This document shows, in pieces, positions 24,387-31,656 of a stretch of DNA of 32,000 nucleotides (its first letter is position 1; the number at the start of each line of letters is the position of its first letter). The translations under genes and the position numbers were made by a program. The DNA comes from Candidatus Saccharimonas aalborgensis (lineage in GTDB: Bacteria; Patescibacteriota; Saccharimonadia; Saccharimonadales; Saccharimonadaceae), in contig NC_021219.1 in NCBI RefSeq assembly GCF_000392435.1, forward strand, positions 180,001 through 212,000. Direction: 5' to 3'. The notes below the pieces were generated by a model. The model made no database searches. It saw only the letters and a program-made list of their open reading frames with translations, and was not told the DNA's origin.

Positions 24387-25354
24387 AAGGTCTTGTTATC
24401 GGAAAGTTTTACCCACCTCACCTTGGGCACAACTACCTTATCGATACCGCCCTCAAGAACTGTGAGTCTGTCGACGTGCTCGTCGTTGATAACCCGGCAT
24501 ATCACATTGCTGCCGAGAAGCGACGCGAGTGGCTTCAGGCTCGCCACCCTACTGCCCACGTTACCATTATCCCTGATATCAATAATGACGATGACTCGGT
24601 GGCGTGGGCCGCACATACGATGCAGTTTCTCGGCTACAAACCTGATGTTGTCTATAGCTCCGAAGACTATGGTGACCCATGGGCGCGGTATATGGGTGCG
24701 CAAAGTATCGTTGTCGACAAAGCACGTACTGCCGTACCAATTTCAGGCACAAAAGTTCGTGAGGATATGCTTGCTTCCTGGCAGTATCTTTCGGACGAGA
24801 CAAAGGCCGGACTAGCACTTCGCATCGTCATCGTCGGTGCCGAGTCAACTGGTACAACGACTCTGTCGAGAGACCTAGCCGCCGCGCTCAACGCACCGTG
24901 GGCACCCGAGATTGGTAGATACTACACCGAATCGATTTTGACGACCGACAAAGCATGGTGCGACGATGACTTTTATCGAATCGGTAAATTACAACAAAAC
25001 TACGAGGCGGAAATGGCAAAACGCAGTGACGGCGTTGTCGTGTGTGATACCAATGCGGTCGCGACAGAACTCTGGCAACGCCGCTATATGGGGCGTACTA
25101 CGAAGGCCATGCACGCTATTGCCGCCCAGGATAAAGCTGATCTTTATATTATTACCGGCGATGAAATCCCGTTTGTACAAGATGGTATCCGCGACGGTGA
25201 GCACATCAGACATCGCATGCACCAATGGTTTATCGGCCATATCAAAAAAACAGGAATCCCTTACATCATTGTTTCTGGAACGCGAAGGCAACGTCTCCGC
25301 AAAGCCCATCAAGTCTCGAAAAAAATGATACGAGAGAAAAAAGTTATTTTTTAA
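24383..25354 (+). CDS. nadR: NadR-like NMN adenylyltransferase fused to an RNK-like domain with a degenerate Walker A; no HTH
   Basis: GKFYPPHLGH (HxGH) and ISGTKVR (ISSTxxR-like) mark the NMNAT domain. The second domain has VGAESTGTTTL, where the P-loop Lys is Thr. ATG overlaps the upstream stop (ATGA). Confidence 0.8.
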   Translation: MKGLVIGKFYPPHLGHNYLIDTALKNCESVDVLVVDNPAYHIAAEKRREWLQARHPTAHVTIIPDINNDDDSVAWAAHTMQFLGYKPDVVYSSEDYGDPWARYMGAQSIVVDKARTAVPISGTKVREDMLASWQYLSDETKAGLALRIVIVGAESTGTTTLSRDLAAALNAPWAPEIGRYYTESILTTDKAWCDDDFYRIGKLQQNYEAEMAKRSDGVVVCDTNAVATELWQRRYMGRTTKAMHAIAAQDKADLYIITGDEIPFVQDGIRDGEHIRHRMHQWFIGHIKKTGIPYIIVSGTRRQRLRKAHQVSKKMIREKKVIF

Positions 25355-25361
25355 TAAAAAA

Positions 25362-25382
25362 TTAGTGTTCAAATCACACTAA
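25362..25382. promoter_or_regulatory. candidate NrtR operator upstream of pncA
   Basis: TTAGTGTt-caaat-cACACTAA. The perfect 8-bp arms are ATTAGTGT/ACACTAAT, 18 nt upstream of ATG 25400. Confidence 0.65.
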
Positions 25383-25399
25383 TATATAAAGGAGTTGTT

Positions 25400-26125
25400 A
25401 TGAAAACAAGTAAAGAAACGAGCAGGATATATGGCGAAGTAGTCGCCATCAATGTTGACTTACAAAATGACTTTTGTCCGGGCGGAAGCCTCGCTGTTGA
25501 GGACGGAGATCGAGTGATCGAGCCGATAAATAGGCTCAGTGCTTGGGTGCGAGAACACGGCGGTATGGTCGTCGACACCGCCGATGAACATCCGAAAGTA
25601 ACAAATCATTTCGCTGAGTATGGGGGGACATGGCCGGTCCACTGTGTCGTAGATACCCCAGGTGCCGCCCTACACCGCAATCTGACCATCGAACCATCAG
25701 ATGCCCTAGCCCGAAAAGGTGTAGCGCCTAACGACGCGGGGTACTCAGGCTATGACGCTGTCTTAAAACCACGTGCTACCGTGCCCAACGATATCGTCAG
25801 TGATCTCCCAGAAGAGGAACAGACGGTCGGCAGATTCCTGGAAAGAGTGGTGCGAGTTAACCGTAGTCTTGGTTCAAGGACACTTATCCTCCTCACAGGA
25901 CTGGCTGGTGACTACTGCGTATCGGCAACGGGACGACCCATCCTTGAGAAGCTCCCATCAGAATGGACAGACCTCATCTGGGTGAGTGATGCGATTCGGA
26001 GCGTCAATCAAGAAAATGGTGAGATTGAAAAACAAGCCTCGATTGAAGCAGGTGCCTTGGTTATGACAACGGAAGAAATCTTAGCCGGAGGCATTGTCAT
26101 TGATCGTGGGCGCCTGGAGAACTAG
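25400..26125 (+). CDS. pncA: nicotinamidase (isochorismatase family)
   Basis: VDLQNDFCPGGSLAV and LTGLAGDYCVSAT (catalytic Cys). AAAGGAG SD. Confidence 0.85.
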   Translation: MKTSKETSRIYGEVVAINVDLQNDFCPGGSLAVEDGDRVIEPINRLSAWVREHGGMVVDTADEHPKVTNHFAEYGGTWPVHCVVDTPGAALHRNLTIEPSDALARKGVAPNDAGYSGYDAVLKPRATVPNDIVSDLPEEEQTVGRFLERVVRVNRSLGSRTLILLTGLAGDYCVSATGRPILEKLPSEWTDLIWVSDAIRSVNQENGEIEKQASIEAGALVMTTEEILAGGIVIDRGRLEN

Positions 26126-26127
26126 CC

Positions 26128-27360
26128 ATGGAACGTCTCCTCAACCTTCAAGACCAATATAAGTTCCCGATGGGACAGTTTATCTATGAACAAGAACCCG
26201 CTGCAGAAGTAACCTTCAAAATGGTGAATCGCAAGGCAAAAAGTGGTATGCGCATCGCAGATTATGTTTCGGTTCAAGAGCTACAAGAATATTACGATAG
26301 CCTGCGCAGCCTCCGTTATACGCCCGAGGAGCTGGCGATCATCGAACGACAGGAGGGCAAGGACTACACACCTGAATTCCTTGGGTACTTAGCCGCATTC
26401 CGTTTACCGGAAATTGAGGTCTCAATTGATCCAGCGACGAATGATTTGACCGCCGTCACAAGCGGAAAGTGGAATGACGTTTCACAAGCTGAGATTCCAA
26501 TCCTCAAAGCCATCCCCACACTCTACTACCCTCGTTATCTTGCCGATCACGGCATAAGTAAACGTGAGTGGTTTCGTGGCGGCGATGAGCGTGGCACAGA
26601 GTTTATCAACTATATAACGTCGAGTGGCGCAGCTACGGCCGAGTTCGGCACACGACGCGCAGCATCGAGTGAATGGCAGGATCACATGGTAGGACGTATG
26701 GTCGAGGAATGCCCTGGGCAATTTATCGGCACCTCAAATCCCTGGCTCGCAGCCAAATATGGGGTCAAAGAAGTGGGCACAAACGCCCACGAGCTAGGAT
26801 CGGTCTTTGGCGCACTTGAGGGTAGCCGCGGCGGAAATCCACTCGATGGCCAAGTACGCCTGTTTCGCGAATGGATGACGCGCTTCCCGATGATGCGGGC
26901 TGCGCTTATCGACACGTTTACAAGTGATGTCGCCCTTCATGACATGGACCGAACCCTATACGAGCAGACTGAGCTCTATCGTATAGACTCTGGGGTAGAA
27001 GAAAAAATTGGTCAAAAAGTTATTGCGATGCTCGAACGTGTCGGTATCGATCCAACGACACGCACCCTCATGTTTACCAATAGTTTGAGCGGTAAACGTG
27101 TCGCGGAACTACAGCACCTATTTGGCGGGCAAACGCGTGTTGCCTTTGGCGTTGGCGGTGGCTCAACTAACAATATGCCCTATACTCCCGGTCTCAATAT
27201 CGTCTGTAAGGCCGTCGAGGTAAATAGCATAGGCACAGTAAAGTTAAGTGACGATGATGGAAAACACATGGGCAATCCGGCCGATGTCGACCGTTACCTA
27301 ACTCTGTGTGCACAGCGACTCGCCGAACCTGCTGCATGGGACATGACGAGTGCGCTATGA
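26128..27360 (+). CDS. pncB: nicotinate phosphoribosyltransferase
   Basis: DQYKFPMGQ N-terminal motif, FGTRRA, and NAHELG-type region. 410 aa. Confidence 0.85.
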   Translation: MERLLNLQDQYKFPMGQFIYEQEPAAEVTFKMVNRKAKSGMRIADYVSVQELQEYYDSLRSLRYTPEELAIIERQEGKDYTPEFLGYLAAFRLPEIEVSIDPATNDLTAVTSGKWNDVSQAEIPILKAIPTLYYPRYLADHGISKREWFRGGDERGTEFINYITSSGAATAEFGTRRAASSEWQDHMVGRMVEECPGQFIGTSNPWLAAKYGVKEVGTNAHELGSVFGALEGSRGGNPLDGQVRLFREWMTRFPMMRAALIDTFTSDVALHDMDRTLYEQTELYRIDSGVEEKIGQKVIAMLERVGIDPTTRTLMFTNSLSGKRVAELQHLFGGQTRVAFGVGGGSTNNMPYTPGLNIVCKAVEVNSIGTVKLSDDDGKHMGNPADVDRYLTLCAQRLAEPAAWDMTSAL

Positions 27361-28856
27361 TAAAAGAGACTATGCCAAAACAGCCAATGTTCCCCACCGA
27401 CGAGGAAAAGAGTCGCTTTAGACAGCTCGGCTACGAGCTAGATTCGCACGGAAGACCGCTCCATCCATGGCGCGATCGTCTTCCGCACCTAGCGGAAGGA
27501 AAGGGCTTCTTCTACCATTGGGGACCAAACTATACTGTAGATCCGGTCGTTATTTCCCAGACAACAACACCCCGCCTCCTCCTCATCCAAAGGGGCGATA
27601 CGGGACGATGGGCGTTTCCTGGCGGATTTTTAGAGACAAATGAAGACATCCATACTGCAGGGCTGCGAGAACTCCAGGAAGAAACCGGCCTTGCACAGGT
27701 TGACTCATCGGGGAGAGTGGTCTATACGGGCGTCGTCAACGATCGACGCGCGACACTCCATGCCTGGCCCGAAACGTCGGCAATTTTATGGCGCACTCAT
27801 ACAGCCTATCCAGTACAGGCAGGAGATGATGCAGAGCACGCCGAGTGGGTTCCACTTTGCCACGCGCGAACACTGCTTGCCGATAGTTCGCATGGCGATA
27901 TCCTCGCCGAAGCAATAAAAACTCACGGTAGTCTTCATGAAAAAGTAGAGTATTACGCCGATCAAAGCATTATTCGTGATGCGCAGGGCGGTCATATGGC
28001 ATATAGCCGCGTAATCATCAGCCCGCCCGAAGGAGTGCCAATCTTTGTTAAGCATCACAACAAAAACACGATCACTGATGATATCCGGGCAGATCATTTA
28101 CGTCGATATCTCAAAAAGGAATATGCTGTTTATAAGCACCTTGAGACCCACGGTGTACCTGTACCAAACGACGTTATGCTGATCGACGACCATACGCTGC
28201 TAATGGAAGCGCTTGATCCCAATAGCGGCTGGTATTGGCGGGCACCGGGTGCACCTCATAAACGCGAAGCTTATATCGAAGATATTTTGCGCAGTCTCAC
28301 GACAGTAGCGTCGACTCCCCCTGTGGACACTGCGGATATCGCATCGAGCTACACCACCCTACACCAGGAGGGGTGGAACGTGTACCCCGACCATCAACAG
28401 ATGATTAGGGAGAAGTTAGCAGCATCACAAATCGACGGGAGCAATGAGCTCATAGCAGCACTCGATACTATCTACGCGCGATACTCAGCCCAGCATCCTC
28501 CAGAGCTTACCGCTTTTTGTCACCATGACTTTCGTCAATCTAACGTTGCCTGGCATCCAGCGCACGGTACCAAGATTGTTGACTGGAGTTGGGCTGATCG
28601 CGGGCCACGACTGGCCGATACAACCAGTTTTCTTATCGATCTCTACAAGTCCGGTCATGAGATTAGCCGCTATCAAGAATATGTTGATGAGTATCATGCA
28701 CTCGTGCTGATCGGTTTTTGGCTCGAACACAGCATATGGCCGCCAGCACCATCAAATCATCTGGTTCGTGAGCAACAACTCGCCTCGGCTATTGCTGCAT
28801 TTCGTCTGCTTGAAGAGATTCGACAAACTTCCGTACCTGAGAAAACGGCTTCATGA
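27357..28856 (+). CDS. fusion protein: NUDT9-like ADP-ribose pyrophosphatase (Nudix) plus an APH/choline-kinase-fold phosphotransferase
   Basis: N-terminal half: RPLHPW, WGPNYTVDPVV, canonical Nudix box GGFLETNEDIHTAGLRELQEETGL, NDRRATLHAWPET, QAGDDAEHAEWV. C-terminal half: FCHHDFRQSNV (HxDxxxxN) and KIVDWSWADRG. ATG 27357 overlaps the pncB stop (ATGA); the track start is 27306. Confidence 0.8.
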   Translation: MIKETMPKQPMFPTDEEKSRFRQLGYELDSHGRPLHPWRDRLPHLAEGKGFFYHWGPNYTVDPVVISQTTTPRLLLIQRGDTGRWAFPGGFLETNEDIHTAGLRELQEETGLAQVDSSGRVVYTGVVNDRRATLHAWPETSAILWRTHTAYPVQAGDDAEHAEWVPLCHARTLLADSSHGDILAEAIKTHGSLHEKVEYYADQSIIRDAQGGHMAYSRVIISPPEGVPIFVKHHNKNTITDDIRADHLRRYLKKEYAVYKHLETHGVPVPNDVMLIDDHTLLMEALDPNSGWYWRAPGAPHKREAYIEDILRSLTTVASTPPVDTADIASSYTTLHQEGWNVYPDHQQMIREKLAASQIDGSNELIAALDTIYARYSAQHPPELTAFCHHDFRQSNVAWHPAHGTKIVDWSWADRGPRLADTTSFLIDLYKSGHEISRYQEYVDEYHALVLIGFWLEHSIWPPAPSNHLVREQQLASAIAAFRLLEEIRQTSVPEKTAS

Positions 28857-29361
28857 GTTGTGCATATGTCCGCTCGTTTTCCTCTTGGCTCATCTCAGCA
28901 CGTGTAATATCATAGCCTTCGTTGATGAAAAATCTATCAAACCCAAATCCGTTGTCACCCCTAGGAGAGTCTGAGATTGTACCCGGGAGCTCACTGTCAA
29001 AGAACATCATATGCTCACCATCAAAGTAGCCAAATGTGCACCGAATTACTGCGCCACGATCTTCAAATCCATCAAGCATCCGACAACATGCTTCCTCACC
29101 TGCGTGTTCCACAAACCATTTTATGTATGGCCCCGGTAGGTCACCTAGTGCATTAAACGATAGACTTACATCCTCGACCAAGACAGGGCGCCTGACAAAC
29201 GCATAGGCTTGACGAAGTTTGTGCTCAACAATACTATGGAGGTCTGTCGACTGTAGTTCATCAAGATTTACTTTTTGATACTCGAGCGAAATGCCGAGCT
29301 GTCGAGATAAATAGTCCGCTTTATGCTGGTTTCCTGTGATGAATACTGGGAGCTTGCTCAT
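28789..29361 (-). CDS. rdgB: non-canonical purine NTP pyrophosphatase (RdgB/HAM1 family)
   Basis: FITGNQHKADY, VEDVSLSFNALGDLPGPYIKWF. ATG 29361 overlaps the permease stop (ATGA); the track start is 29430. Confidence 0.8.
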   Translation of the reverse strand: MSKLPVFITGNQHKADYLSRQLGISLEYQKVNLDELQSTDLHSIVEHKLRQAYAFVRRPVLVEDVSLSFNALGDLPGPYIKWFVEHAGEEACCRMLDGFEDRGAVIRCTFGYFDGEHMMFFDSELPGTISDSPRGDNGFGFDRFFINEGYDITRAEMSQEENERTYAQLMKPFSQVRKFVESLQADEMQQ

Positions 29362-30101
29362 TTTGTCTTTCTCTTTAGCGTCATGCCGGCCACCAGGAGT
29401 GCACAAACGATAAATGCGGCTACCGCCCATACATCACGCCACATTTCTGCCGATATATCGGTATTCTTCACTACTCCATTAAGGGCATCTACTGCATATG
29501 TTAGTGGCAAATAGTAGGCAATGGTTTCGAGTGTATCGGGTAGTTTATCGAGCGGGACAAAAAGTCCGCAGACAAGGATTTGAGGAAAAATAAGGGCCGG
29601 CATGAATTGCACCGCCTGAAACTCAGTTCGAGCAAATGCGCTCACAAATAGGCCAAGTGCTACACCCAGTAACGTATCAAGTAGCGCAACTACTACCACA
29701 AACCACTGAGGTCCAACCACATTGAGCCCAAGCCAGTATATCGCGACACTGCTCGTAATGAGCGACTGAATTGCACCAAACAACCCAAATGCTATGGCAT
29801 ATCCGATAATAATATCAAGCTTACCGGCCGGCATAGCCAGGAGACGTTCCATTGTGCCAGTGATACGCTCCCTCAGCGTCGTGATACTTGTTACAAGAAA
29901 CATAACCGTAAAAGGAAATATCCCTAGTAGTGCCGGACCAAAAAGATTAAACATTTTTGAATTATCGCTAAATATCCAATACAGCAGCGACATCAGGAGT
30001 GTTGGCGCCAAAAACATGAGAGCGATTGTTCGCTTGTCATGCCATAATTGCTCAATGATTCGCCATGCTGTTGCAAGAGTTACCCTCAAATGGTAGATCA
30101 T
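29358..30101 (-). CDS. ABC-2 type transporter permease
   Basis: Six hydrophobic segments, 247 aa. The start overlaps the ATPase stop (ATGA). Confidence 0.8.
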   Translation of the reverse strand: MIYHLRVTLATAWRIIEQLWHDKRTIALMFLAPTLLMSLLYWIFSDNSKMFNLFGPALLGIFPFTVMFLVTSITTLRERITGTMERLLAMPAGKLDIIIGYAIAFGLFGAIQSLITSSVAIYWLGLNVVGPQWFVVVVALLDTLLGVALGLFVSAFARTEFQAVQFMPALIFPQILVCGLFVPLDKLPDTLETIAYYLPLTYAVDALNGVVKNTDISAEMWRDVWAVAAFIVCALLVAGMTLKRKTK

Positions 30102-30802
30102 TTTTGCTCCTCAATCATTGCGACAAAGGCGTCGCCAACGGTCGATTTTTTTGTTCTGACGAGAAGTGCTTTTTTGCTATCGTTCCATAGCATTTCGCCT
30201 GCCCGCAATAAGACTAACTCATCGCAGCGTTCTGCCTCATCCATGACATGACTCGAAATGAGAAGTGTCTTTCCCTTTTTGGCGAGTTTATCAAACAACT
30301 GCCACAGATCGTTTCTTAAAATGGGGTCCAGGCCAACGGTTGGTTCATCAAGGACGAGAAGATCGGGATTACCGATCAATGCGACTGCTAAGTTTACACG
30401 AGCCCGCTGCCCACCTGACAAATTGTCGACAAGACGTTTGCGATAGCGTGTCATATCTACCTCTTTAAGCACACGCTCAACCTCATGCGCATGAGCACCA
30501 CTCACCCGCGCAAAATAGCGCAGGTTCTGTTCAACCGTGAGATCACCATATACTGCAGGGGCTTGCGTCGCATAGCCAATCCTTGATCGTAGTAACGCAT
30601 TCCCAGCAGGAATACCAAATACCATGAGAGATCCCCGATACCGCTGAACACCAACTATCACTCTCATCAGGGTTGTTTTGCCGCTGCCACTTGGTCCCAC
30701 AAGACCAATGAGTTTACCCGGGGGAATAGAGAAGGTTACATTATGAATAATTTTCTGATTATTTCGACTGACCAGCAGACCGCTAGCAACTATTGCATCC
30801 AT
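30098..30802 (-). CDS. ABC transporter ATP-binding protein (DrrA-like)
   Basis: GPSGSGKTT, LSGGQRARVNLAVAL, LLVLDEPTVGLD. Confidence 0.9.
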   Translation of the reverse strand: MDAIVASGLLVSRNNQKIIHNVTFSIPPGKLIGLVGPSGSGKTTLMRVIVGVQRYRGSLMVFGIPAGNALLRSRIGYATQAPAVYGDLTVEQNLRYFARVSGAHAHEVERVLKEVDMTRYRKRLVDNLSGGQRARVNLAVALIGNPDLLVLDEPTVGLDPILRNDLWQLFDKLAKKGKTLLISSHVMDEAERCDELVLLRAGEMLWNDSKKALLVRTKKSTVGDAFVAMIEEQK

Positions 30803-30808
30803 ATGACC

Positions 30809-30817
30809 ATTGTATCA
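30809..30817 (-). promoter_or_regulatory. extended -10 element TGATACAAT, leaderless configuration for the ABC-2 operon
   Basis: Reverse complement of 30800..30817 reads TGATACAATggtcatATG. Confidence 0.45.
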
Positions 30818-30824
30818 CTCAATA

Positions 30825-31472
30825 TCACCTCCTGCTTATCCGTATTGCTTCATCCAGAAACAGGAGTCCGGCATGTGTAGAGAGGGGTGAGTGGGGAGTT
30901 TTTGGAACAATAGAAATTGGTATGTTTCCCATACCTGCTGCATCGAGATTACTTCTTATTTCGGCAGGTGGAAAGAGTATGTCGTGCTCACCGCTCACAA
31001 TATGGATTGGAATGCCATCAAGAAACAACTCCTTGACCGGGTCCAAAATACGACATACTAGCCCGGCCTCATATTGTGCTCTTGCCTTGCTCGTGCCAGG
31101 TTTTATAGTGCGGATCAAAAAAGCATGGTTAAACAAAAGTCGAAGATCTGTAAAAAGTGACGTTATTTGATGAAGGAAGTTATGATTAACTCGACGCTGC
31201 AGCTCACTATACGGAGAAGGAGACCGTGTATATTCATGGGTATTCAGGCCCAAAGGTTGAAGCAGAATCAGCTGCTCCACGTTGTCGCGCATTTTTTGCA
31301 GATAAAGAGCCACTCCCCCGGCCGCCTGTGACTCGGCAATAATTGAAGCAGGCTGGCCGTATCGTCGCGTCAATTCGTCAACCATCGTCGCGGTATATCT
31401 CACAATAAAATCTGGAACGTCCGAACCATCCTTGTTTGCAAACCAATGCGGCGCGCCTGGTATCACCGCCAC
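30825..31472 (-). CDS. alpha/beta hydrolase, N-terminally short; the same frame continues upstream across a single TAG
   Basis: AESQAAG nucleophile-elbow-like motif, SGEHD, PKTPHSPL. GTG start at 31472. Upstream ORF 31500..31709 is in the same frame, separated only by the TAG at 31500..31502. Confidence 0.6.
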   Translation of the reverse strand: MAVIPGAPHWFANKDGSDVPDFIVRYTATMVDELTRRYGQPASIIAESQAAGGVALYLQKMRDNVEQLILLQPLGLNTHEYTRSPSPYSELQRRVNHNFLHQITSLFTDLRLLFNHAFLIRTIKPGTSKARAQYEAGLVCRILDPVKELFLDGIPIHIVSGEHDILFPPAEIRSNLDAAGMGNIPISIVPKTPHSPLSTHAGLLFLDEAIRISRR

Positions 31473-31656
31473 GCCCGGCGGGCAGCTTTTTGTAACCCAC
31501 TACGCCAGCCTGCCTACCTGCGCAGTCCCGAGGAACAACCAGGTGGTCACTGTGCTGGCACCAGCACTACAATATATCGTAACCGGAATTATCTGCTGGT
31601 GATAAGAAAAATCAACTTCGATTGTGGAATATTGTCGAGCAAGGTGACTTTTTTTA

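Noticed and set aside
27306-27356. Longest-ORF starts from the track at 27306, 23048 (TTG), 29430, 21339, 3337, 4825 and 313 (TTG).
   Set aside because: Each extension overlaps the upstream gene or a promoter/operator and adds non-conserved-looking residues. In every case a downstream start has better support: an ATGA/GTGA coupling, a good SD, or a -10 box at leaderless distance.
31500-31502. In-frame TAG as a recoded sense codon (pyrrolysine or reassignment).
   Set aside because: TAG is used as an ordinary terminator by several well-supported genes in this window (the SPFH gene at 2528, pnuC at 23843, the membrane protein at 20524, nrtR and typA). No pyl genes are seen.
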